A stretch of DNA of 62,815 nucleotides, counting the filler. It is 9 parts of 9 records of this genome, joined end to end, with 100 filler letters (N's around TTAATTAATTAA, not from the genome) between each part and the next. Parts side by side here need not be neighbours in the genome. Positions count along the whole stretch, not along the records: positions 31,889 to 37,256 come from SRR7504441_3959; positions 37,357 to 42,361 come from SRR7504441_3975; positions 42,462 to 49,375 come from SRR7504441_3976; 6 more parts are not named here. The stretch is one strand, 5' to 3'. Every line of letters begins with the position of its first letter. Position 1 is the stretch's first letter. Below, one piece after another: positions 34,801-45,843 of the stretch. A program made the position numbers and the translations under genes. The notes below the pieces were generated by a model, which ran no database searches, was not told the DNA's origin, and saw only the letters and a list, made by a program, of their open reading frames with translations.

Positions 34801-37146
34801 ATCCTGACTGAGGGCAGGTGGTTGAGAGTATACAACTCAACATTATGATCGGAGAACCAGTCTCGGAGCACCCCTGGTTCAACGAGCCTGGTTACTCCGA
34901 CAACGATTGCCCTGAACACAATGCCGCCAGTATGACAGCACACGGTATACTCTAGAGATTCATCTTCTTATTTCGCCCAAATTCGCAGGCAAGGCATGTA
35001 GCCAAGAGTACAATCGGCGGATGCGCAGATGCACTATGAAGGCAGCTATGATTGACATCCTCCGTTCGCCGCCAATGGGGTTTGAAGAGGTGCCATCGTG
35101 ATCTACACCGTGAATGACTGCTGGCTGTGAAGGTTATTTATGAGCACTTTCGCGCGCATGCCGACAGAATCATTTCTCAAGTACAAGGCTGGGAACGGGA
35201 AGGCGCCGAGGACTCGCCTGTACGTGCGATTATGGCCAAAGTAGGTCAGGCATCCACTTCTGAGCAGCTTACGACGGTGCTCATCGAAGCGACTGAAATA
35301 CTGAACCAGTTCGAGATCGCCGGAGGGGATGAGGCCACGAGAAATGCATTAAGACAGCAGATGGAGAACATCAAAGAGAAGATCAAGACTGTTGAGGCAG
35401 CGGAGGAGGTAGCTTTGATCGAGCAAGCCAAAACATTCAGAGAACGGGTTGAGGCACTTTCTACAGCACTGACCGGACTTGCTCCTGGCGATGACTTGCT
35501 TGGGAAGTTGTTCACTGCGCCTGGCGTGACTCCAGTTGCTGCTGTGACTGGCGACGCTGAGCCGTTGGACGACTCTGAGCCAGATGATGGGCCTGTGGCC
35601 GACCCAGAGCAGGTGGCTAGATTGTCTAGATAACCTTGGCTGGCATGCATCGATGCTAATGTCTGTAGGTGGCGCTAGTCCAGAGCTTCACGGGCAGCAA
35701 ATATAGCGACGAGGTGGTGGCCAGTCTGCTGCTCCATCACCCTGCCGGTGGGAACATCGAGCAAGTCACGAACTTGATCTTTGACGGGGTGGATCCAAAG
35801 CACTGGCTCGACATGGCGTCGGGTCTTGGCGGACAGGACAAAATCGACCCCAAGAATCGGATCGAGGAGTGGGTGTGCTTCTGCGGCCAGCTGCACTTGT
35901 TTTCTGAACTCCGGTATCCGGCCATCCCACAGTGCTGGCTGCCTAATAGCAGGGTTAGCCTTAGGATTCGCTGAGTACAGGCGCCAGGTGTCAGATTTGC
36001 CAACAGGAGCGCAAGCCAGATTCTCAAGTGATTGCTCGCCAGGCCCAGCCCAACGAGGTGGCTCGAATTCTGAATTCGGAGCTTGAGCCACTCAAGAAGG
36101 CGCTCGACTCGGCCGAGCACCTGCTCGAGATAGTCAACGGCTCCGGCACTGTGACAGCCAATACTTCATGGGAATTTCAGCCAGCAGGATATCATGCCTA
36201 TGGCGCTGCTGCCAATTGGTATGTCTTTTCTGGTGCAATGAATGACGCGCTTGAGGCTGCTTGGGTAGCGCTGCAGCAACCAGAAAGCGCAGCTCCCAAT
36301 AAAATTGAGATCACTTTGGACGATCAGCAGTACACCTGCGACCTCGTGGCTATGTCAATGAGCTCTGTCGCGGATGCACAATACACTTCTTTGGTAAGGA
36401 GGCGAAATTTAAGCAGCTGGGTGAGCGAGCTGATGGAGAGGGCCAAGGTCTCCAAGGAGCAGGTGACTCTCCTCCACCAGCAGCTGAAAGACAAGAGAGA
36501 TGAGAAAGCTGCCGCAGCAACCGAAGCAGAACAGGCCGCGCTACAACTGACTGATGGGTGGCCGATTTGTCCGCAATGCACCTTCCGGAATGCAGAGGAT
36601 GCGGCCAAGTGTAATATCTGTGGGTATCAACCTATGGGGATCGAAACGAAACCACCAGTAACTTGCCCCTCCTGTGGGTACATACCGGATCCAACTCACC
36701 CGAGCTACAATCCAGATGCGACACATTGCTTCAACTGCGGGATTGCGCTGGCCACCGATGGCCAGTGGTCATGCCCCTCGTGCGGAGTTTTGTGCCCCGA
36801 GACCGCACAGTCTTGCTCGCAGTGTTACAGTGTCAATCCGAGCCATCCAGCAGCATTATGGGTGCACGGGATGGACGCGCAGGCATTCCAGCCTGGCCAT
36901 GATCCGTATCACAGCTACTCAGGCTCCTCTGTGGAACAAAGAGCCAACCAAGCTGTTGATGCACAAGGGCCGTACATTCCAGAGACTGTCAGCACAAAGG
37001 AGCTCGCAACAGAGCTCACCGAGATACTAGTTGGGCTGAAGGAAGGGAGACGACCAGAGCGTTCAAACGAGAATCAAGCAGTGCCACCACCGCACTCAGG
37101 CTATGATGCACATGAAGCTAATATGTCAGATTTCGATGATTACTAG
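31889..37146 (+). CDS. UBA6-like E1 - GST-like - UBL - UBZ - BIRC6-type E2 - UBA-like - ZnF - WWE - RanBP2/NZF fusion protein, 5' truncated (1590 aa visible)
   Basis: Removing 10 GT-AG introns (32436-32474, 32545-32584, 32826-32869, 34511-34556, 34645-34695, 34770-34817, 34945-34988, 35090-35132, 35613-35668, 35914-35987) gives one open frame of 4773 nt ending in TAG. E1 motif [10 protein letters not shown]...KIIPAIATTT; E2 motif [20 protein letters not shown]. Confidence 0.88.
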
Positions 37147-37356
37147 ATTATGGCTGCGTATACCATTAATTAATTACATGCGCAAATATTTTATTTGACT
37201 AGTTTTATTTTAATTAGTCTTTAGGATCTTAGGTTAGGTTAGGTATAATAGATGAGNNNNNNNNNNNNNNNNNNNNNNNNNNNNNNNNNNNNNNNNNNNN
37301 TTAATTAATTAANNNNNNNNNNNNNNNNNNNNNNNNNNNNNNNNNNNNNNNNNNNN

Positions 37357-39831
37357 AAGTCGAAGGACAGGATCTGCGCCAAGTGCGGGGAAGCGATCGC
37401 GGACTATGACGAGAACGGCAAGCTGGACTGGACCACCGACGCCAAGGGCAACCAGTTCCACGACCGATGCTTTGCGTGTGAGGTGTGCCGTCTGCCGATC
37501 AAACACGTGGGGGACGGCAAGTACATCAATGACAAGGAGGGCAAGCCGTATTGCCACGGGTGCTACGAAAAGACCTTCTGCGACCCGTGCTTCTGCTGTG
37601 GACTGCCGCTGGTGAACGAGCAGGTTGTGCTGTGGAAGACCAAGAAGTTCCACGTGCCGTGCTGGAAGTGCACCGAGTGCAGCAGCGTGCTCTCCACGCC
37701 AGAGAACCCGGATGCACCGATGGCTCGCGAGAACGAAGCCGGGAAACCGATCTGTGACAACTGCTGGAGCGGCCAGAAGTTCCAACGGTGCTTCAAGTGC
37801 TCGGAGCTGATAGATGGCGAGGAAGGGCCGACTTGCCTCTACACGAATGCCTACTATGAGAAATGCCAGCCGTGCCTCAATCAGGTGGTCCACCGGCTGG
37901 AAGCGCCGGACTGCGTGCTCCCGCAGGGCGCGTATCCGTTCCATGGCGACTGTGCGCTGTGCTACATTTGCCGGGTCGAGTTCACAGACGAGTCTGACCC
38001 CGGCTCGCTCTGTGTGCTAGAGGACGGCTCCGGGCCATTCTGCACCAAGCACGCCACCCCCGAGGCCCAGGCTAAGTGGACCGCCTTGGACTGTGTTCGC
38101 CGCAAACTGCAGCATATTCGCTTCCGAGGAGTGCTGTCTGAGGCAGCCAAGGGAGGCGGGAGCAAGGAGATGCAAGCGGGTGCTACTCGCGGGATTGTCA
38201 TGAAGGAGTTTTACCAGACCGAGGTGTACTATTTACAGCAGCTCAACATCCTGCTCCAGGGGTACCTGGTGCCATTCCGCGACCGTGGCGACTACGTGAT
38301 GGTAGAACGGCGCTCGGACTCACTCCACATTCAGGGCCGGGGACCCGGGGACGGAGTCAAAGCAGCGGAGGAGTTTTTAGAGTTTCTTCGCGTGGCAAAG
38401 AGACTGATTGAAAGCCACGAGAGTCTGGCCGAACAGCTGCGAGTGGCTGTGGAGGCAATGATTGGCGAGGATTCTGATTTATCTTCGGTGATATGCAAGG
38501 CCGCAGACATCGTACGTGAGGGATATCCATTCTTTCTCAGTCGGCTTGGAGTGGTACAAGCCAACATCGGGTTCCAGAGGCGTAAGAATCAAGCCTTCAA
38601 GAAGGTGTCGCCCCTGTGTGAAGTGGGCAGCTAGGGTTGACTGCTGGGCCATGCAGGCGTATGACGAGATCTCGAGGGAGCCGTACATGCACGATGGCGA
38701 GCCAGTCAAGAAGCAGTCCTTTCAATCGTATGCGATTGCGCCACTGCAGGTTTGTGCATTGTATGCAAAGCGACCAACGCTGATTCTTTCTGTGTTCAGC
38801 GGGCAGTGAACTACAAAGCATTTGCCGACCGGCTGCTCAAGAACACATCAAAGAGCCACGTCCGGTACAAGGCAATGCAAGAGGCTGCACAAATGATTGA
38901 CGCAGCCAACCAACAAATGGACAGGCGGTCAGTCGAGTACGATAAGCTGGTCAAATTCCAGAAATCCATCGAGGTCGGATGGGGAGGCCGCTACTGCAAC
39001 TTCCTCTCTCTTGATCGATCAATTGTCAAGCAAGGATTTGTGAGGCTTCTGCAGGGTGTTGGTGAAGACCTTGTACACCTGAGCCTCATGACGGACCTAC
39101 TTGTCATACTGACTCCATATGGCAAAAACGCTGGATACCCGACCTACACTGTCAAATGTGATGTGAATGGCCAGGCTGACTATGACAGAATCCAGGAGCC
39201 CTGCTTCTGCGAAATTAAGAAGAACCAGCTGAGTATTTATACCCAAGAGGGAGCTAGTCAGCCAATCGACGCAGCCAGACCGCTGATGCCTGATCAGGTG
39301 GAACTCACCGACGATGGCAGAATCTGCGTTGACCCCAGGACCACGGCGGGCGCAGTGTATCTGAGCCACGAGCGTGTTGACCAGATGCTTGAGTTGTTCT
39401 GCTGGATGCAGGCGTCGATAAAGGCGCACGAGGCCACCCAAGCTGAGAGCAAAAAGCAGGGCTGGTACACTTACCTCTATGACTTGAAACTGGCAGAAAT
39501 CAGCCTGAAATGCATAAAGGACAGCCAGGGCAAGTCCTCAATCCTGGACATGGAAGTCCAAAGAGAGGAAGAACCACTCACTCCCAAGCAGGTCAAGAGC
39601 ATGCCTCCCGATGCTGTCGTCGATCACTTTGAGATTCTGGCTGAGCTGCTGCATTTCCCAGCAGTGACGCTAAACATGGGTGTGGAGCAAAAGAGAAAAA
39701 TGCTCGCTGCAAATATTGGGGTGGCGAGATCTCGGAAGATGCCAAATTTGGTGCTGCAATTTCAACATCATGAAGCTGAGAAGTGGCTCGAGATGTTTAC
39801 GCAGGTGGGGATGGATGTGCCCAAGCGATAA
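37357..39831 (+). CDS. Multi-LIM + DH(RhoGEF)-PH protein, 5' truncated
   Basis: About four LIM-type Cys/His repeats (CAKC..FHDRCFACEVC..YCHGCY), DH motifs EFYQTEVYYLQQL and IAPLQ|RAVNY..LLKNT, then PH-like strands. Confidence 0.8.
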
Positions 39832-40089
39832 AAACTATATGTTTTTATATGTTGACGACCAATAAAAACTATTTAAACATCACAGTCAGAATGTATTGAA
39901 TTCTATCCACATTTGTGCGTGCAGCACTAGAGCAACCACTATACAACCACTAATACAAAGACTTAGGTACATGTAGAGTTTGGTGAAGCACGTGTAGGAC
40001 CTAAGTCCTTACAATGTCATGTCATTGCATGATTGTAATCCATGACTCTAGCGAACCCCCATGTTGAACTATCCAGACAAGTGCTTGAG

Positions 40090-42167
40090 TTAAGGCTTCC
40101 AATGCGCTATTGCCTCGACTTGATCACGTGCCCTATCGCAGGTGCTCTGCAACAGCTGGAAGAACTTCTCCTCTGAACTCTCACGCAGCTTCCTCTCATC
40201 ATGGATCTCCTCATCTAGCTTGTCTGCAACGCTGTTAAACATCTTCATCACAGAGCTGTCGCTCTCACTGCGCGAGCTCTGCTCCGCAGTGACGTACTGG
40301 AGCATTTTGGACATTTCTTCGTTAATTCGTTTCTGTATCTGTTCTCGCGTATTCTGTCGTCGTTCGTCGTCTTGAACAATCATTGCAGGCAAGGAGCGCA
40401 ACGTAGACATCCTCTTGCCGTGTCGGCCCTCCGCCTGCTGCCGGTAACGCTTCTCGTCTTCGAGCTCTGCACGCAGTGTGAGACATTTAGCTTCAATATT
40501 GGCCATAAAGTCAGTGATTTCCTTGTGCGCCGCACTTTCTACACACAACATCCCTTGCATGTTTTCCACTGCACCATCAATTTTCTTCATGAGTTGTTCC
40601 CCCCGGTCATATCTCACATCACCAGCGAGATCCACTTTGTCGGCTAGCGATGGAATGATTGACGGAGGCAGGATCGTGCGCTGCTCGCCCTCCTCGCGCA
40701 GCTCCTTCTCATGAGTGAGATCTGACCGGAGCACCCCACACTTCTCAGCAATCTGCCTGCTCATGGTCTTGTCCATCTCTGCCCGGGACTGCTTGAGCAC
40801 ATTGATGTCCATTGCCGTGTGATTCTGAATCAGCTTCACCTCACGAGAAAACCAGTTGAATCTGTCCTCCACAATCATCTTCTCACCCTGTAGGTCGTCG
40901 CTCATCCGGCTCAGAAACGACTGGAGCACTTTGTATTTCTGGGCTTCCTCGGCTTGAGCCTTGGAGAACACTTCGCCCAGCGATTTTAACCGGGCAGCCA
41001 GTTTATCTTGCCCCGATTCTGAGCTCTCTATCCTGCACAGCACAGCTTGTTCAGCCCCTGGCATCGCTCTGCTAGATACCTTAGGTGGCCCTCATCCACT
41101 GGAATCGGAGGCTCGGCCTCCACCTCGGCCACCAGCGCGGCTTCGTTCATTCTGCGCGCCTCAAGCACGCTCCGCTTGCTCTGCAGATCAATCTTCATCC
41201 GCTCGAGCTCTGCTTTCCGAGCCTCCTCGTGCTCGTCCGCCTCTGTCTGCTCCAAATCAGCCTCGTACGCGTCGGCAGTACGCTGCGGCGCCTGACAGAC
41301 GGGATCAGATTGGGCGTGAGCCCTAAACGCACCGCTGGCTTTGACATGGCGTCGAGCAGCAGCGAGGCTACTCTCGTTGTTTTGGCCACATCCAGAGGTG
41401 TGCTCCCTTCTTTCTGTAGCACAAACGCCCCAGCTGCTCAGTCCCGTGCAATGTGAACAGCCCGACTAGTTTACTCTAGACAGGTTGCAGCGCACCACGG
41501 AGTCTTTCACGTCTGGCTGTGCTCCAGCCTCGAGCAGCACCATCACCACTTGCTCGTTCCCTCCTTCCGCCGCCCAGTGCAGAGCTGCGCGGCCATACTG
41601 TCCCAAGCGCGCTGCTCAGCGCCGCCGTCCGCAGGGGGCGCGGCACCACATCGTCCTGCGCGTCGACATCGGCCCCGTGCGTCAGCAGCGTCTCGACCAC
41701 ACTGCAGCCCAGCTACACTCAGCACCGGTTCAAGTCCGGGGTGACGCACGCTCGCAGGCCGCTCTCTGCGGCGAGATGGAGCGGGCACGAGCCACCCTGC
41801 CGATCGGTGAGGGTCGGTCGAGGATCTGGGGGCGGCGGGGGAGGGGCCGCAGGGCGCCGAGGGAGGAGGGGGCACCTTATCCCGAACATTCACGTTGGCG
41901 TGGTTTGAGACCAGCTCGTTGACCACAGCCTCGACGTTGTTCGGCTCTTTGGCGATCGCAAAGTGCAGCGCGGTGCGATTGTACTGCGAGCAGCCGGGTG
42001 TCAGCGCGGCCGCTGAGCGAGGACCGGGACGCCGCCCCTAGACTCACCCCGCCGGTGGCATTGACTGATGCGCCGCTCGTGAGGGCCTCGGCTATCCGGT
42101 CGAGGTCGCCTTGGGCCGCCGCTCGCCTCAGGCGGTCGTCAGCCGGCAGGAGGGCTTCTTCCCCCAT
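40090..42167 (-). CDS. Ankyrin repeats fused to an SF-assemblin/beta-giardin-like coiled coil
   Basis: Ankyrin exons (RTALHFA, CPLHLAA, AALHWAA, TPLDVA) splice in frame via 41- and 47-nt introns into the 40090-41032 exon (..EKELREE..ERKLRESSEEKFFQLLQSTC). Confidence 0.7.
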
Positions 42168-42461
42168 TTCAACAAAACGGCCAGAAATTTGGACAGCACT
42201 CGAGCACTGAGAGAGAGAGAGAAAACTGACAACAGTGAGCAGTCGTGCAGTGCAGTCCCGACGGCGCGACGGCACTGTGCGCGAGCACGGTACTAAGTGC
42301 CCTGAGTGTACCGGTAAGCACGGCAGCACGGGGTTGTGATCAATGGCTAAACTATTGTGCTNNNNNNNNNNNNNNNNNNNNNNNNNNNNNNNNNNNNNNN
42401 NNNNNTTAATTAATTAANNNNNNNNNNNNNNNNNNNNNNNNNNNNNNNNNNNNNNNNNNNN

Positions 42462-43580
42462 GACGAGGAGGAGGACGAGGAGGACGAGGAGCTGGGGCCG
42501 GTGCCTGATCTGCTGGGGCTGTTGGACCAGCTGCACGGGCTCCAGGCGGCCGGACTCCGACGGGCCAAGGAGCAAGTCGGCCAGCGCTGGATCGACGCCA
42601 TCCGAGCGCTCGGCGGGGTCGCCGACGTGAGCCGGGTGCTGCTTCGTAGCCGGCGGGGCGCCAAGCCGGACAACCACGCGCTGAATGAGATCGAGCTCGC
42701 TGTGATTGCCAAGTGCTCCTCTGGTGGGCGGTGTGAGCTGTTGGGCCAGGCTGGAGCCGAGGGGTTTTAGCGGTAGCGGCCGGCGGAGTCAGTTCGAGGA
42801 GCTAAGAGTGGATGAGTCTCGCAACCTAGCCAACTTTGCCGCCGTCTGCAGAGGGCAGCTCCGGTGTGCTCGGTAGCCATCAAGTCTGACGAGGCTCGGG
42901 CAGCGCTCGGCCACTGGATGAGCCTGAGCGCAAGGCGGCGAATGAGGACTGGAACTCACTTAAGGGCAATTTTGTGTCGGACGGCCGGCGGTTTAAGGTG
43001 GAGCTGGCCAGCGGTCGAGCCGCAGTGTCGGCAGGTGCTCTCACTGAATGGGTTTGAGCACATGGCTGCCACCGGTGAGTGTGGGCCCTACGGCGGCGAC
43101 AGAGAGAGTTTTGCCCGGGTTATCTGTGGGTGAGGACTCGCCGGGGTGGCCGATGAGGATAGTCTGCAGCGTGTGCCAGAGTTGGAGCCACAGGCCAGCC
43201 CGGCTGGTTGAGCTGTTCAAGGATGGCCGGCTCGAGTCAAGCTGCCGGGCCTGTGAAAAGTGCGGTGACGATGCCCAGTGCGCAGTCGAAGTCGTGCAGT
43301 TCCTGCGCAGCTGGGGTGCGGCGCTGCCTTGCTTGCAACTAGTGATTCGGCTCAGGCGCATTTCCGCTGGAACAGATCAAGCCAGGGCTCTCCACAAGCG
43401 AGTGCGATAGTTTTGTGGCGATCGGGGCGATGGGTGAGGCATGGAGCTTGGCCTGCGCTGAGTTGTAGGGCTGCAGCCACTATTCATTATCACCGGCAGC
43501 ACATTCCGTCGTGGACCACTTGGAAGGAGGAGGAGGGCCCTCGTTGGTTTCGCGGCCCGTCGCAGGGGCAACACCCGTAA
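42462..43580 (+). CDS. Hypothetical multi-exon gene fragment
   Basis: Coding-like GC-rich pieces with CxxC pairs. Structure unresolved. Confidence 0.3.
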
Positions 43581-43822
43581 TCGACGACAATAGGTAGACA
43601 GTGAAAAGTGAACCTTTTATTAGAGTATAGTATAGCACCATGCTATCTAGACCCCAATAAACGCACGTTGATCGTAAGTAACTGCACATTAGTGGTCGTG
43701 CACATAAAGTTAACCAGAGATGGCGGGGCGGCGAGCGCACTGCCGTTGTGGCAGTCCGTTACTGGCAGACCGCGCCGTGGTTGATACTGTCTTCGACCGG
43801 CCGGCGGCGCCACGGCGACGGC

Positions 43823-45707
43823 ATGAGCCGGTTCGACCGGTATTATTGGCACTTGGATATGCTGGCCGACCACCGGCGCAACCGGGCGTACGACCGGGCC
43901 GCCCAGGTCGCGGCCGCCGGCCAGCGCTGCCTGGACATCGGGTGCGGCGCCGGGCTGCTCGGGCTGCTCTGCTGCAAGCACGGGGCCCAGGAGGTGCTCG
44001 CAGTGGAGGTGGTGCCGGAGCTGGCCGAGGTGGCCACGGCCAACGGGGCGGCCAACCGCTGGGCCGACCGTCACAGCGTGGCCAATCGGCACTCGACGGA
44101 GCTGTGCGTGGCCGACAGGTTCGACGTGCTCATCTGTGAGCTTCTGGACACAGGGCTTATCGGGGAAGGGGTGCTGCCGTCGTGCCGGCACGCGGCGGCT
44201 CACTTGATGGCCCCGGGCTGGCTGGCCATCCCGTCCGACGCCACGGTGTGGGCCGTGCTCGTGGATGGCCAGGCCGTGTCGGCGCTGCGCGGTGCTGACT
44301 GGGTTGAATCGCCCGCACCCGACTGCCCCGGCGCCGCCTCCCCCGCGCACGTGCACGCGGCTAAGCTGTTGGAGTGCGGACTGCTGCGCGAGCTGTCAGC
44401 CCGATTTGAGGTGTTCAAATTTGATTTCCGGAATTTGCCTGCCGCAGGGCGGTCGCGGCAGATCGCAGTGGAGATCATCGGGAGTGGGGCGGTGGGAGGC
44501 GTGCTCATGTGGTGGGAGTGTGGGATGGGGCCATGCGCCGAGGAGCTCACTACCCGGCCGGGATGTACCGCCCCGCCGGACCATTGGCGGCAGGCGCTGT
44601 TTCCACTGGGCAGTCGGCACGGGGGAGGGCTGTGCGTGGAGACTGGGAGCACAGTCAGCGTAGCTGCTTGCGACGCTGTGGTTCTCAGTCCATGACCAGG
44701 CTAGCCCCAGGGCTGATGTTCCGCGCGCGCCGGTGTGCGAGTGCTTCGGGCACTGCGGGTTTACGCACGAACGATGGTGGGCACTGAATGATGCCCAGCT
44801 GATCGACACGCTCAGGGCAGTGATGGTGCGAGCCCGGGAGGAGGCCGAGAAGCTGGAGGCGGGCCGGGTTGTGGTGCTCGGAAGCGGCCCGGTGCTGCCG
44901 ATTCTGCTCGGCGGTACAACCGCTGCAGTGAGTAACTGTGATGCGCAAGGAGAGTGGTCTGGCTGGCTAAAAGCGAATAGTTGCCCGCGATGTGACCGGT
45001 TAGAGCCGTTGCTGAGGTGCGCTGAAGGGCTGGAGGTGGCGGCTGTGGTCGCGGAGCCCTACTACGCAGGCCTCAGCGATACCTGCGGGCTGGTGCAGTG
45101 GTTAGCGGACTATGCTGAGCTGCAGTGCCGGCCGGGCACTCTAGTCTCGCCTGTGAGTAGCGCAGTGATGGGTGTACTGCTCGAGTGTCCAGCGCTGTGG
45201 TCGGTCCATCAGCCAGTGCACATAGTCGAAGGGGTGCAGATGGACCAGGCCAATTCGCTTCTAGACGGGAGTGAGCGGGTACGCCAGGTGTGCTTGTGGG
45301 CGTATGAGCATCGGGCGCTGACTGAGCCGTTTGAGATGTGCAACCTCGCTCCGGGCGAGTGGCGACCGCAGCACGACCAGCCAGTCACTGCCACTGTTGA
45401 TGTGCCTGTGGTGCGTCAGGGTCAGTGCCAGATGCTGGCAATTTGGTGTGTGCATCGACACTGCGCTGGTGTAATAGCCATCAGTCGCAAATTGCCATTT
45501 GATTCGCCGGGGCCCAACGATCACGAGGTTGTTGTTCTACCAGAAACGCTCAAGGTTTCAACAGATGATAGAGTTTCCATAAGTATGACTTTAGATGCTC
45601 TTGCCGGGTTCCATGCTGTCATTCATGCCCTCCCCGATGCTTGTGGTGATTGTGTGAAGAAGCGCCGTGTCGTATATAAAGAAAATGTTACGTATATTGT
45701 GTCGTGA
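43823..45707 (+). CDS. PRMT7: PRMT7-like arginine methyltransferase (two tandem modules; frameshift near 44670)
   Basis: DMLAD..RN.AY, LDIGCGAGLL, RHSTEL, ELLDTGLIGEG, DHWRQ, LWF..CEC..H, and second module VVAEPYY. Confidence 0.85.
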
Positions 45708-45843
45708 CTCGGGACTGAGCGATATCGATGCCTAGCGATGCCTATTAATAATTATAATATACAGTACTTACATTACATGAGCGATATAGTCGTGCGAGCA
45801 ACTATATAGCTTATCTAAGTAACTATGTGAAGGTTGGTAAAGG

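Noticed and set aside
37229-37243. (TTAGG)3 near a contig end as a true telomere
   Set aside because: There are only three units followed by unique sequence, and the unit differs from the TTAGGG seen at 25456-25471.
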